From the NCBI GenBank assembly GCA_050575255.1, contig JBNZDD010013704.1, positions 4,432,941 through 4,496,940 on the forward strand: DNA of 64,000 bases, written 5' to 3'. Under the pieces are notes generated by a model. That model worked only from the letters and a program-made list of their open reading frames with translations, did no database searches and was not told where the DNA came from. Shown one piece after another: positions 26,745 through 41,251 of this stretch (the first letter of the stretch is position 1; every line of letters begins with the position of its first letter). The position numbers were made by a program, and so were the translations under genes. This DNA is from Harriotta raleighana. Its lineage: Eukaryota.

Positions 26745-27075
26745 TCCTTTGAGCAGAGAAGGTTAGGAGGAGACTTAATAGAAGTTTTCAAAAAATGAAG
26801 GGATTCGATAGGGTGGACACGGAGAAACTATTTCTACTGGTAATCCGAGAACACTGATTTAAAATAGCTGTTAAAAGAAACAGTGGGGAGATGAAGGGAA
26901 TTTTTTTCCCACAGCGAGTTGTCTAGATCTGGAATGCATTATCTGAAATGGTAGTGGAAGCCGATTCGATAACATCTTTTAAGAGAGAAGTAGATAGTTA
27001 TTTGGGAAGGACAAGTTCACAGGGATTTGGGGAGAGAGCAAGGGAGTGGACTGATTTGGAAAGCTCTTTCGAGCT
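26745..27075 (+). mobile_element. CR1 LINE 3' fragment
   Basis: Translates as EQRRLGGDLIEVFK and FFPQRVV.IWNAL, followed by a CR1-type 3' UTR. Confidence 0.85.
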
Positions 27076-27354
27076 TGGAACTTAAATGGAGCTTAAGTCT
27101 TTTTTCATCTAGCATTTCTTATGTTCTTATGTTAAATTGATCAGGAGTTTTAGGCATTGCAGCCATAACATCAATGGGACAAGTTCATCCGAATCAGGAG
27201 AGCCACATATATTTGCACAGTTAATTGGAGGAATATATAATTTGATATATAATTTTAAAAATTGTTGAATATATAATTCAACAGCACATTACTTGTAAAA
27301 GATTTGAAATGTTTACCATTAGGAATTTTGGGAGGGGAAGTTAATAATCCTAAA

Positions 27355-28052
<698 letters not shown>

Positions 28053-29485
28053 TCAATCATCTGTTTGATTCACTTTTAAAATAATAATTGATATACTCAG
28101 ACTCATCAATGGTTTGCTGCAAATAATTCCACATTCCAAACCCCTATGTCTAACTTTCCCTTGAACTACTTTTGTGATAATCTTAAAATTGGTCTCTTTT
28201 GCTACTGATACAACAATCTAATTTACAATTGAATAGCACTTTACACGTCAGGGAAGCAAGTCTTGAAGATTAATTATGTTTTGATTCCCAGTGAAAATCA
28301 TCTATCATTATTTACTGAACCATAACCCTTTATAAACTTGTTAGTTTCAATCAGATCACTTTTCTGATCTTGTGAAAAGAGCCATAGCTTCTAAGTTGAA
28401 TAGTTACATATAAAGTAACAATTAAATATAAGCAACATATTTCTTGAGTAAAATATAAAGAAACAATTCTGCAAATCAAATTATAAAACCTCAGTTTGTT
28501 GCATGTCCATTCCCTCTGTGATCTAAGATTACAATTTTTATTCTTGAATCTGAAACGCACAGAATTACAATGTGCAATTTGTTTCGAGCTTTCACACTAT
28601 GTTTAACAACTTGTACTTACTATAGTACTTACATAGCTCCAAGTCACATAGAAAAACGTCTCTAAGCACTTTCTAGAAACAGAATGGGTTCCTGATCAAG
28701 GTGGAAGATAGGGGATTAAGAGTGAGATGACCAAAGGTGCAGTCAAAGAAGTAGATTTTGAAACCAAAAGAAGAGATGGAGATGATGGTTCAGGGACCTT
28801 CAAACATAGAGAATCAAACATTTCATGGAAAGTGTTCCACAAAAACTAGGGAAAAAGGTGCTTTGGTTTGTGTGCTTCTCCAATTCCAGTTTAAAATATA
28901 CATTGTTAGATCGCAACCCAAGTGGAGTCTATTGGCTGGTACACTGGTGTCCATCTCAAAGGCATATAGACGGTGTTGGTTTGCACCAACGATTCTCTAT
29001 GCCACAAGTTCCCAAACTTCACCAAAGGAAGAACTAAACAAGAAAAGTCATAGGCTGAGTCAGCGCTGGCTCCTCTCACAAACCTTCCCAAGTGGTTGTG
29101 GTCACAAGGCCTGCGCACTTTCTTAAGTCAGCGAAAACAATGCAGCCAGCAGCAAAGTGGAAACCATGGGTGCGGCTTAGAAAAAGCCTCGGTATCCAAA
29201 ATAATAAGTGCTCCATAAACCATATTGATGCCCAGATTGTACATGTGCATTCAAAGGTGTTCTAGCACTCAAAGGGCTAAATTCTAACTTCCAAACAGAG
29301 TTTGGTGTGACCCAAATATAAACAGACTGAGTAAGTGCTTAGAAACAATCCTTTAAATGGAAAGACCACAACCATAAATGCAAATCATTGTGGTTGGAGA
29401 CACCCATTTACTCATCAACGGGAGAATGCTTTTAAAGAGATCAATTCTCATTGTGAAGCCTGTCGGCGGAAAGAGAAACAATTAC

Positions 29486-29647
29486 CTGTGTGACTAAAAA
29501 CTTGGTGATGCGTTCAGGCAGGCGACTCTTTTCACTGGACAAGATGGTTTCTAGCATGTCGCCGTGCAACTTCTCCATCACCACAAAGACTCGTTCAGGA
29601 GTCTCAAACATACACTCCAGGTTCACAATCCCAGGGTGGTGAAGATT
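29486..29647 (-). CDS. PRKD3: PRKD3 exon [54 protein letters not shown]
   Basis: ttctcag acceptor and CAG|gtaat donor; 162 nt. Covers the gatekeeper and hinge region. Confidence 0.97.
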
Positions 29648-29974
29648 CTGAGAATTAAAGAGTGTTTTTGGGAGGTACACATTAAACTTGGAAACAAAGT
29701 TTCTGTGGAAAATTACAATTTCAGGGAATCCAAACAAAACGCAGAGACATACGGTATTAAAACAGGAAGCCAATAGCAAACCAAAAAGAACAATTTCAAA
29801 TTTGTTTTGGCTTATTAATCACAGCAACTTTTACAATTGAAGCAAAATAATTATGAGGAGGGACATAGCAACAACACAAGGTATTGGAAGTCACTCCTGG
29901 GTTTCTCCTGAATTCAGAGTGTGGGCAGGAGATGTGTCCTCAGGCCTCTCACACCACCATGTTTAAACCAGTCA

Positions 29975-30166
29975 CTAGCAGACTCCAGCTTTTAAGAGAG
30001 AACTGGATAGGGATCTGGGGAAGATGGGCTTGCAGGGTTATGGGGAGAAAGCTGGTGATTGGGGTTAATGAAAGTGACATTGCTCTGTCAGAGAGTCAGC
30101 ACAGACTCGATGGGCCGAATGGCCTCCTTCTGTGCAGTAACCTTCTATGATTCTATGATTCTATGA
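29975..30166 (+). mobile_element. CR1 3' tail
   Basis: gatgggccgaatggcctccttctgtgc followed by (ATTCTATG)n. Confidence 0.85.
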
Positions 30167-32881
30167 CACTTGTTCTTAGACTTTACCTCCTTCCAGCCAT
30201 TGGTTCAATATTTCATTAGTATGTGAATGGCCAACAATTCTCCTTTATAGAAATATCACGTGATCTTCATGTTATGGGTTTATGATGTTGGTCTCTATAA
30301 GCATTGGAAATTGTTTCAAATACACTTGTGAAAATGTTATCTTTGCAGATCAGGCCTGTTCTCAATGACTGCTGACAGTATGGATTCTTATTAGTACAAA
30401 ACAGGACTTGGGACGAGTAGCACATTGTAAAAAATACTAAAACAGCCTGTTTCTTCACAATCTCCCTCCACATTCATGTAAACCTGTGAAAATATCTCTT
30501 TAAACCTGCAATAAACAAATCAGCAGCCAGCTAGAATAACAAAGAAGTTACAGAAAAAGTTTTACAGAACCAGTGAGCACTGGGGTACTAGAGCAAAGGA
30601 TGTGGCTTTGTGGCCATGATACTCCAGCAACAACCAGACTGTCACCAAGTGAAGATGTGTTATCCCACAGGAAGGGAGGGTGAGGAGAGAAAAAGCAATT
30701 TAGAGGATAGTCATTTAGTACCATTCTTACACTTGTGCCTGGGAACATGAATTTAAGATCCTTACCAAAACAAAGGCAGATGTTAGAAGCAATTTGTAAA
30801 AAAAAGAAAAAATCCTGAGGCTTAATGGGAAATATAATACCCTAGCAAAAACAGCGTCTGAAACAAAATCTATGGTAGTTTGTAAAAGAGAATTGTTGTA
30901 GAAACACATTTGAAAAAATGCGACATGAAAGTAAATGTGTAATGTGAAATAGAATGGGTCTACATGAATAGTGCTTTCAGGGAACTGACACAGCTATAAA
31001 ACTCTCTGACTCGACAACAATCCCCATTTTAGCCCACCAGGATGAAGCTTATTAATAGCACACAAGCCATCTTCATGGAAGGGAATTGCAGTGAGAAGAG
31101 AAAAAATAAAATGTGGGGCAAAAACATAATAGAGCTGCTAGATCATAATGCAGACCAACATTTGTAGTCATTAGTACCACATTTGTTAAAGCAATCATCT
31201 CTATTCAGCAGCCACCTACTGTCAACCATTAAACCAGAACAATCATGACTTATTTCCCGTAATAAACAAACTATTCAGCAACCACCTGTCCAACAAAACC
31301 AGTGGTCATTTTTTTTAGCCCCGTCAATGGCCAGTTCTAAGTGAATTTAAGTGTGCTTACGGTATGTATTATTAATTTCCACAGGTCCGCATGCAGACTC
31401 CAGCTAGACTCCTAGTATATTTTCCTATGCGCGCTGAGTAGGCCACGGTTTCCCGCCTTACCCATGATCTTAGGTATCTAGAGGGCATCTATAAATGTTG
31501 GACCAACAGAAATATTTGGCCCGTGGAATTTTTGTTTTAATTTTTCGAGCTGGCAAAAAGAGATTTCCATCCCCTTAAGTCTACACATGATTCAAACTCA
31601 GGTCCCAGAGATGCATGAACAGAACCAATGATCTAGAAAAGAACAAAATGAACCCAAATCCTGGTGTTATTCTTTACACGTTGAGGGTACGAGGATTGAA
31701 CTCAGAAAGAGACAAGGGGCACGACTGAAGATTAAATCAATTAAGTACAAATGAACACCATACAATGCTAGGCAAAGCATGCAGGACAAGTAAATATCTA
31801 AGAGTAACAGAGTCAAATTGAACAAGAATGTACTGAAATAAATCAGGTCGTAAAGAGAGATTAAAGACAGAAAGTACAGATTAAGGATTTGAAAGGAGAA
31901 GTTTAGGTTGAGCAATACCTATCAGATTGGACAGAAACAGTCCAAAATAAGCGATTAGAGGAGCCAAGAGAGAGCTGGAAAGGGACATAGCAGCCAACAC
32001 TGAACAGAATGCTAAAAAATGATTTCAATATAGCTGCAAGCAAGTCATCAGGAAGTTAAAATCCTATGGGACATAAAGAAATCTGAAAAGGAGGTTAACA
32101 TGAAATCATGAACATACAGTTGGGGAATAAAAAATGATCAAGGACATAAAAAATATGCTATCCAACATCAACACATGTTTTGTGTGTTTGAGGGCTTTTG
32201 GATGCTTTAGATGGGTTCTATCTGAATGGACTCAAGGGGCTGAAAACCATAAATCCTAAGAATAGTTCCTCAGTTGAATTACACCCCAGGAAGAGAGATG
32301 GGGGGAAGTGATTTGTGAAATACTGGTCATTTAGGGGAAATCACTGAGCAAAATAAGCCAGAGTATTTATTTCACTGTCGAAGTAACAAGTTTCCAAGGT
32401 ACTGTATTAAGTAGGAGATGATTCAGGATTCAATGCTGAGACTTCTCCTATTCCAAATACACATACAAAATACTTTATTTGCTGTCTCCAAAGAAGGGAT
32501 TAACTGAAATCAGAAGCAGCCAATATCTTCCCTGGTGTTTGTACTGATGATCCAATAAGGCGCTATATCAATTGCAAGGATTATTATTATAGCAATCATA
32601 CAAAGACAGTTAGTCAGATTATTCACCCAGAGGATCACTCGTGCAAATGAAGTCGAGACCCAGATAAATCCAAAATGAAAATATGAATGAATGAGATCAA
32701 ATGGGCCAAAGGAAGGATCTTTTCCATTCCTTCAAGTGGCGTTGTATTGTCCAGTCAAATATAAATGAAATATAAATGCCTGGCATCTCTAGGTGAATTT
32801 CATCAAACAAACTCAGTAGCAAAATGCTGAATTCATTCTCCTCTCTGAAGTAGCTCAGCAAAATTATTGACTTTTTCCTAC

Positions 32882-32988
32882 CTGGAGAATTGCGACCTCA
32901 TTGCGAAGCTGGCTTTCTTGCTTTGTAGGGAATCTCATCTTATCAATCACTTTGATTGCCATATCCCTTCCAGTCTTCCTGTGTTTTC
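32882..32988 (-). CDS. PRKD3: PRKD3 exon (G)[35 protein letters not shown] (beta3 lysine, alphaC glutamate)
   Basis: atgtag acceptor and CAG|gtagg donor; 107 nt, phase 1/0. Not in the ORF track. Confidence 0.96.
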
Positions 32989-34109
32989 CTACATACACAC
33001 AATATAGTTATAATCATGGCATTCCCTCCTCTTCTCCCACCACCCCACACTCCTAAATTAGAAGAGTAAGCAGTACCAAATACTACAAGGTAGCAGGTTT
33101 TCTAGCAGCGTTGGAAGCAACCAACTTCTAGACCACTTTCAGAATAGAGCAAACATATCATTCAGTTTTTAATACATTTCAAAACACTGTTTGTGTTCCA
33201 CAATTTTTAATCCATTTTCCAAAGAGAGTGAGATGTCTGTGCAAGAAACACCAATCTCCAGCCATAGAGATAGGTTTGCTGGCCCAAGATACAGCTGAAA
33301 CTGAGATGCACCACATACAGGCATACAGGCACGGGCTAGTATGAACACACATAGGGCTAATGCAGATGTATTTTGCAAGTGAAATATCATTTGTATTCAA
33401 GAGGATGGTTCAATATGTCATACATTACTACTCAGTTTCCCAACACCAATTGAATTTTCATACTGCTCATCATGTTCGATGACCTTTTATGACAAGTGCC
33501 AATGGAGTTCTTTTCATTTTGTTTGAGTACAGCTATTCAGTGAATGGATTCTCTAACATCTTCGCTGTTATTAAACATTACATGTAGTCATAGTATCTAA
33601 AATACCCTCTCATCATCACTCAATATAAAAGTGCTATTGAAAGATCGTCAATCGAAGTTTCCCTGGAAACTTCCAAAACATTCTGTTACTACAAAGTGGG
33701 TGGATTATACAATTTATTTTTAAATAAAACTTCCAAAAGGTCTGAATAAGTAAATTTTGTTTGATTCCATATATTAAAAAGTTCCAGCACACTGGAGATT
33801 GTGTCCAGGCAGCCAACTCTTTAGCTTTCTATACCCAGGTGTGTAGATGTCCAATTTCTCACTCCCGTCCTCTTTGAGATCATTCATCTATGCCCATGTT
33901 GTATTTCCTTTACACTTTTCTTTCTCATCCCTCTTTTGAATTCTCAGCCCAAAATCAGGTGTGAAGAATTAATGGCGTAAACATATGCCTTACTGCCCTC
34001 CCTTGTCAAAAAGCTTCTGGTATATCATAAGAAGCTGGAGAAACTTTCTATGTTGCTCCCCCTACCTCTCCTATCCCTCTACCAACCTGCCCGCTAACTC
34101 CTCTCAGAA

Positions 34110-34410
34110 GGCTCCGTCTTACTTCACACATCCTGCCTTCCCCCTCCCATCATCGGCGGGTGGGGCTTCAACCAATCTAGCCTCACCCTCTGGAGCTCCA
34201 TCCTGCAGTCCCTCTGCCTTGTCCCCTCCATTGCCTCCTTCAAGACCCAACTCAAGTTCCTTCTCTTCGATCATGCCTTTGGTCACCCTGCTACCCCCTG
34301 CCCTCCATCCTCCCCGACCCCCAGCTCGGGTCCAAAACACTGATTGTCCAGTGGCTTGGAATGTCCTCTCAACGTGAAAGGCACTATACCATTGTAACGT
34401 TGTTGTTGTA
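34110..34410 (+). mobile_element. L2 3' fragment
   Basis: C-rich L2 end with a tail ending (GTT)n. Confidence 0.7.
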
Positions 34411-34705
34411 GTAAAGCAAACCTCAAGTTCAATGCACTTTCATTTGTTAGCTTTTAGACTGATCAGACTTATGCTGACAGACGCATCTAGTCTGAGACGG
34501 AGGAGATCTGGGATTGGAGAGCCCCTTTGGTGGTTTTCAAATTTCCTGCAAATTTCTCTGTACCTGAGAAAAGTTTTTTTTAAAAATTAAGATTTAATTC
34601 TATCTTTGCAACATAAAACGCCCTTGCCTGAAAGAGATATCAATGCTGTGAAAATAGAAAACAATGTTGTTTAACTGTTACAGCCAGGAAAATTAAATCA
34701 CTTAC

Positions 34706-34778
34706 CTCCATATACTATTCCAAACTGCCCAGAACCTAGCACTTCATCAGCAAAGATCTGGTAGACAGAGCTGATATC
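34706..34778 (-). CDS. PRKD3: PRKD3 exon [24 protein letters not shown] (glycine-rich loop)
   Basis: ttacag acceptor and G|gtaag donor; 73 nt. Contains GSGQFG. Confidence 0.96.
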
Positions 34779-35399
34779 CTGTAACAAAAATAGGGCAAAA
34801 CTGAAACCGACCGAATAATTTATGTGATCATCTGAAGATTCGTGTGCTTCTCTGATGTCCTTGCACAGCCCACACAACCACATGTTCCTGCTGATGCATC
34901 TATTGCAGGTTCCCAGGAACAATTCAATTGTACCAGTACAATGAGGCAAGCAGCACTCATCCTCCAAAGATTAGAAGCAAGTGTTAATTGTCTTCCCGTT
35001 TTGCACAAAAATCTGATGTCATTTCCCAAAAGGCTCCATCTCGTTTGCCCTTCACAAACGTCAGCACACTGGTTCTTAGGAAACATATAGAAGAGATTCA
35101 CTGAGGAAGAGCTTGTATGTTTAAAGAAGGTGACCCAGTTCTTAGGAGCCTTGCTAGTGCACTGGACTACTCAGAAAGTCTCCGGTGGAGACCCACAGCT
35201 GTACACTTCAGGAACATACTGGCTGGCTTCCTCTCTATGATGACCTGACAAATCATAAGTGGGACTTGAGTCTATTTGTTTTTGCACAGGTCCTAAATAT
35301 CAATTTAATAATAATAATACATGAAGTGGAGTGATTATATATTACTTTGTCCACAAATCCCTCATGCTCCCTCCTCTCCAACCTGCTTACTCTTCAAGA

Positions 35400-35950
35400 A
35401 GCAGAGGGGAGATTAGAAGAAATGTTTTCACTCAAGAGAGTTGTTCGAATTTGGAATGATCTGCCTGAAAGGGTTGTGAGGTCCGATTCGATAGCAGCTT
35501 TTAAGAGAGAACTGGATAGGTATCTGGGGAAGATGGGTTTGCAGGGTTATGGGGGGAAAGCTGGTGATTGGGGTTAAGGAAAGTGACATTGCTCTCTCAG
35601 AGAGTCAGCACAGACTCGATGGGCCTAATGGCTTCCTTCTGTGCCGGAACATTCTATGATTCTATGATCACTTGCAGCCTCCGGGCTCCCCCTTGTCCCC
35701 TTCACTGCAACATCAGTCAAAGTACTTTCGGCCATTAAACATCCAAAGCTTTGGAACTCTCTCCCTCAATCCCTCCATCAAGCCCCTCCTTCCCCATTTT
35801 CAGATCACAACGGAAGACCTTCTCCTTTGACCATGCTTACGGTCACATCCCTGCTCCACCCCCCTCCCAGCTCAGTGTCAAGCTCTATCACTGTTTAAGC
35901 ACTCGGAGCCTCCACCCCATATCATGTGCACTATAGAAATGCAAGTTGTG
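35400..35950 (+). mobile_element. CR1 3' tail (35400-35668) followed by an old L2 fragment
   Basis: RVVRIWNDLPERVV...FKRELDRYL and (ATTCTATG)n; near-identical in its overlap to the 29975-30166 copy. Confidence 0.8.
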
Positions 35951-35958
35951 GCCATGTA

Positions 35959-36749
35959 CAGTAAAACCTCATTTATCCGGCACCCACGGGACCTGGCCAT
36001 TGGCGGTTAAACATTTTTTCCAGTTGAACGGATTTATATTTTTTTTATTAAATATAATTCTTTCAAAAACATTAAAAATTATTTGAACACATACCATATT
36101 AATAATGCACTAAATAATAACAGAATATTCTATTAGTATATTATTTATATATAACTTCGCAATTGCAGCACTGATTTGACGGGAGTTTAAAAAGTTTAAA
36201 AAGCAACGAGTTTAGACCTAACGGCCAGCACACACACACACACTCACAAACACGCACACATACACACAGACAGACACACAGACAGTCACAGACCCTCAAA
36301 GATATTCAGTCTGAATCCCCCCCACACCCCTTTCCTCTTTCTCCCTCCATCGCTGCAGCCCTGCCTGCCATTTCTCTCTCTCTCTCCTCATTCCATTATG
36401 CTTTCTCCTATCTCTATCTCTCTCTCTCCCTTCCCCCATATCTCATTCCCCCCCCTCTCTTTCTCTCCATTCCCCCCCCCCACCCTCTCTCTCTCTCTCC
36501 GTTTTCTCCCTTCCCTCACTCCCTCCCTCTCTCTCTGGCCGCTATTTATCAGGTATACAGTACTTACCTTCCCAACGACATCCATGTGAACGAGATAAAA
36601 TAAAAACCACGAGTTTTAAAAGGACCCGGAACGAGTTTAAGACCCGACATTCAACGCGTCACCGGATAACTTCCGGTTAGTCGGATCGGGACTTTTTTTT
36701 TAAGGTGGTTTTCCGATTATTCGAGTCACGGATAAACAAGGTTTTACTG
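35959..36749 (+). mobile_element. Tc1/mariner-type MITE, same family as 2020-2667
   Basis: TA|CAGTAAAACCTCATTTATCCG ... CGGATAAACAAGGTTTTACTG|TA with internal CA/CT low-complexity sequence. Confidence 0.88.
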
Positions 36750-37525
36750 TATTTGTGGGCAGTTACTGCAGTTGACAGTCAACCATGAGCAAAAGTAGTA
36801 GAACAATTTGTGCACAGCAAGATCCCACAAACAGCCATTCAGTGATTGACAAATTTTATTTGGGGAACTGTTGTCCAGGACATAGGGAGAAACTCATTTC
36901 TCTTTTTGAATAGTGTCATGGGATCTTGTCCACCCTAAACACACATGACAGTTCTTTGGTTTTTAATGTCTCATTTGAAGGACAGCACCTCCGACAATGG
37001 AACACATCCCCAGCATTATACTGACCTTGTGATTCCAAGTCCTGATACAATCCCACAACCTTCTGACTGAGAGGCGAGGGTGCTCCCACTGAGCCAGGCT
37101 GACACAATTATATGGGTTCACCTTGTCATTATTCATTGCCTTGAAACGTCTCAAAGCAATTCATAATTATTGCCAACTGAGGTGACTGTTCATGTTTATG
37201 TGGCAGCCATTTGCACAGCAGGACACACAACCAGCCATGAGATAAAAGACCATTTATTCCGGGGGGATTCCTGGCTAGGATATAGGGGCAAAACCTTGTT
37301 CTCTTTTTGTAGGGTGTCGTGGGATCTTTAACATGCTTCTGAATAGGCGAAGGGGACCTCAGTTCATCACTTTATATGAAAAGCAGCATGTTCAATAAAG
37401 CAGCACATCCCCTATACTTTATTGCAGTGATCAATTTAGACTATGGGCTCTAAGTCTAGTGTGGGCCTTCAGCAGCCAATTTTCTGACCTGGAGGCAAGA
37501 ACTATACCAAACGAGCTAGGCTGAT
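36750..37525 (-). mobile_element. Two adjacent DeuSINE copies (about 36750-37105 and 37140-37525)
   Basis: Each has a tRNA-like head, the Deu segment (gggatctt...aac on the + strand) and the gctgtgc core. Confidence 0.7.
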
Positions 37526-37835
37526 ATGGCAAAGTGGGATTGCCCTCATCACTGAGTTGACTGGTTGCATAGTCAGTCCAGTACAGAAAAAGCAAAGAAG
37601 ATGACTGTGACATTACTCATCAGCACTGGTTGAACTATGAGACTTGCATCTAACCGCTGTCTCAATTTCTCACACACGCTCACCCACCAGCACACACCCA
37701 CACCAGCACTAACACACAAACACTTGCAAATGCACAAATAATAATAATCACCCTTGCATTCGATATCGCATCTTAACACATGTAATTTTTGTAAAATGCA
37801 CACTGTATCAGTGTTTATAAAACAGTCCAACTTAC

Positions 37836-37888
37836 CACATTCTCCTGCACTTGGCAGTTAGACACGGAAATGCTGACAGACAGATCAT
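37836..37888 (-). CDS. PRKD3: PRKD3 exon (N)DLSVSISVSNCQVQENV (PH-kinase linker)
   Basis: ttccacag acceptor and GTG|gtaag donor; 53 nt, phase 1/0. Matches the PKD linker SISVSNCQ.QENV. Confidence 0.94.
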
Positions 37889-38885
37889 CTGTGGAAAGAA
37901 TTAGATAAAAAGGCCCGTGAACAAGGCTAAGATTTCTAAAAAAAAATAGCAAAATTACTTTAGAACCGACAGTATTAATTCCTTTGGATCACAGGATTAC
38001 AAATTGTGGTGTACACAAGAAAGGCTATTAACTAAAATTATTTTGGCTTGTCTGGTTCCTAGGGTCTGCCATTCCACCCTCTCTCTCTCTCTCTCGAACC
38101 ATGAACCAATTTCCAGAGCAGTCAACAGGTAACAGTCTACTGACAAATTTCTAACCATGGCATTTGAAGGCAGCATCATTGACTTTATTAATTACCTTAG
38201 CAACTGACGAGGCACAACTTTGAGCTCAAGTCAGCATTAGTATCTCAAACTTAAATGAACATGTTCCAAACATGGGGCAATAATATTCCAATCTGGTCAG
38301 GCAAAATGCGAAGTGGTGAATCCATCAGCAGGTTGGGGAGGGTGGGGAGTGATACAGGTCACACTGAACTTGGAGATTTGACACCTGTGCATGCATCTAC
38401 ATTCAATCCTGAGGGGGTGGATGTTTGGTTGGCAATCAGTGCATCAGTTGTACAATACCAGGTCAAGCTTTGCTCTGATGTGCTCCGAGCTGTTGCTGCT
38501 CAGTTCCTCCTGATTGGTTCTTTCTCACTAACAAAATGTGTCAGGTAAGGGAGAAAAAGCACATCCACACTAATGATAGAGAATATAGTCCTCGAGGAGG
38601 AAGAAACTAAGAAACAGGTTTTCGACAGCTCATGAGAAGCCATTTGTTACTAAGAAAAGATAAGCTTTGACATTCAGTTTTTGCATAAAAGCTCAATCGC
38701 ATATAAACCCTGTTCTTCACTTTAGTTAGTCACCAAAACCTAGTGTATGAAATCTACATTGTTAATAATAATAACCCTTGCATTTGTTATACCTTCTTTC
38801 ACAACTTCAAGGTGTCTCAAAGCGCTTCACAGAATATACTGTGAGGTGAATTGACTGTATATTTTGTGGGCTAATTATGTATGTA

Positions 38886-39690
38886 CAGTAAAACCCCGTT
38901 TATCCGTGACTCGATGAACCGGAAAACCTGTTGAACTGGAACCTCGAAAAAAAAAGTTCTGATTCGATAAACCGGAAGTTATCTGGCAAAAATGGTGATG
39001 ACGCATTTAATGAATCGATTATCACACGGGAGAACTGGTGCAGGTATATCGGCTGGCCGCGAGTCGCGTCTAAACTCGCTCCTGCTCCGTTGAAATGTCT
39101 GCCCTTTTTTTAAAAAAAAGTCGCCATTTTGCCGTTTTGTTTTCCTTTCAATGCTGCAAAGTTAAGTATAAATAATAAAGTACTAATACAATATTCTGTT
39201 ATTATAGTAACTGTTATTCGTGTATTTAATCTATTATTTATATAGTATTGTTCAACATTTACAATAAAGTAGCCATACAATATTCTGTTATTACAGTATC
39301 TGTCATTACTGTATTTACTCTATTATTTATATGGTACAGTGTGCAACATTTACACTAAATATCCATACAATATTGTTATTATCTGTTATTATTTTGTCTG
39401 TGATTAATATGGTAATGTAAAAAAAAATATTTTTGAAAAAAAACGTTCAACCGGAAAACCGTTAACCGCCACTGGCCCTGCAGGTCACCTGGGTGCCAGA
39501 TAAATGGGGTTTTACTGTATTATTTTTAAANCTAAATATCCATACAATATTGTTATTATCTGTTATTATTTTGTCTGTGATTAATATGGTAATGTAAAAA
39601 AAAATATTTTTGAAAAAAAACGTTCAACCGGAAAACCGTTAACCGCCACTGGCCAGGTCACCTGGGTGCCAGATAAATGGGGTTTTACTG
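38886..39690 (-). mobile_element. Tc1/mariner-type MITE, same family, reverse orientation; one end duplicated across N39531
   Basis: TA|CAGTAAAACCCCGTTTATCCG; the right TIR ends at 39517 and again at 39690, each followed by TA. Confidence 0.88.
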
Positions 39691-39846
39691 TATTATTTTT
39701 AAATAATTCAACAATGTTGTAATGTTTATATACTTGAGCCAGCAGCAATATCTGTTTTACCTTGTATTATCTTGTGACATGGTTTGCTAACAACCTCTCC
39801 AAAGCAATGTCAAACTGTCACCATGAATTAATGCTTGAAGATCATT

Positions 39847-41057
39847 TCATAGAATCATAGAATTTTACTGCACAAAAAGAGGCCATTCGGCCCATCTAGT
39901 CTGTGTCGGCTCTTTGAAAAGAGCAACTCAATCCCACTGCCCAGCTTTCTTCCCATAACCCAACAGACCCATTCTCCCTAAATAAAGATCTAATTCTCTT
40001 TTAAAAGCTGTTATCGAATTGGCCTCCGCCACCTTTTCAGGCAATGCATTCCAGATTCCAACAACCCGCTGAGTGAAAACATTTCTCCTCAGCTCCCCTC
40101 TGCTTCGTTTTGAAACTATTTTAAATCTGTGACCATGAGTTAGCCACCAGTGGAAACTGTTTTACCTTATTCACCCTGTAGAATCCCCTCACGATTTTAT
40201 AAACCTCTGTTAGGTCTCCTCTCAACCTTCTCTGTTCCAAAGAGATTAAACCTAGCCTCTCTAGCCTTTCCCCATAACTGAAGTCCCTCAATCCTGGTAC
40301 CATTCTAGTAAACCTTCTTTGCACTCTTTCCAATGCCTTAACATCCTTTCTATAATCTGGTGACCAGAATTGGACACAGTACTCCAGCTGAGGCCTAACC
40401 AAAGTTTTATAGAGGTTAGTCAGCACTTCCTGACTTTTGTACTCTCTACCCCTATTTATAAAGCTTAGTATCCCATATGCCTTCTTAACGGCTTTGTCTA
40501 CCTGTCCTGCCACCTTCAAAGTCACTAACACAAATCCCCAAGTCTCTCTGTTCCCTCACACCCCTTAAAATTGTACGATCTAGCCTAAATTGCCTCCCCT
40601 CATTTCTTCTCCCAAAATGTATCACCTCACAATTCTCTGCATTAAACTTCATCTGCCATGTGTCTGCCCACTTTACCATTTTATCTATATCTTCTTGCAA
40701 ATGGTTACTATCCTCGTCACTGTTTACTATTCTTCCTAACTTAGTATCATCTGCAAACTTGGAAACTGTGCTCCCTACACCCAAGTCCAGATCATTAATA
40801 TATATTAAAAAGAGCAGTGGTCCCAAAACCGATCCCTGGGGGAACGCCACTGCACACTTCCCTCCAGTCTGAAAAACAGCCGCTCACCACAACCCTCTGC
40901 TTTCTGTCTCACAGCCAGTTGTGGATTGAAAGATTGTGACCTTGAGCGCCGTCAACCTTTTTAGTACTTCCTCTCTGTTTATACTAATCCTATCTATTTC
41001 TTCCACCCTCTCCTCCAATACTGTAGCATTGGTCGCGTCCTCTTCTCTTGTGAAGAG
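39847..41057 (-). mobile_element. CR1 LINE, 5'-truncated and internally deleted, with reverse transcriptase remnant
   Basis: ORFs 40485..40850 (PQGSVLGPLLFLIYINDL...SKFADDTK) and 40121..40531 (LYKTLVRPQLEYCVQFWSP...LEQRRLRGDL) are separated by a frameshift; (ATTCTATG)n tail. Confidence 0.95.
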
Positions 41058-41251
41058 AGGCATTACATTTGCAATGTGAGTTTTGAGTTCCCCTTTAACC
41101 TTTTGAAAGCCAAAGTAGATCGTTCACCAACATTGACATTGTGTGTTAGGAAACTCACAAGTCTACAGTTATCTGTGCAAAAGTAGTCTGAAATACTAAA
41201 CACATTAGTATACAAAATGAGAATTTTATGAAGTTCTCCTCAGAGAAATGC

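Noticed and set aside
34779-34967. Cys-rich N-terminal extension of ORF 34698..34967
   Set aside because: It is intronic read-through upstream of a clear acceptor at 34779-34780; PKD similarity starts at DISSVYQ.
40121-40850. Reverse transcriptase ORFs as a possible retron, DGR or domesticated gene
   Set aside because: This is a typical CR1 ORF2 3' end, frameshifted and truncated, with an (ATTCTATG)n tail inside a vertebrate intron.
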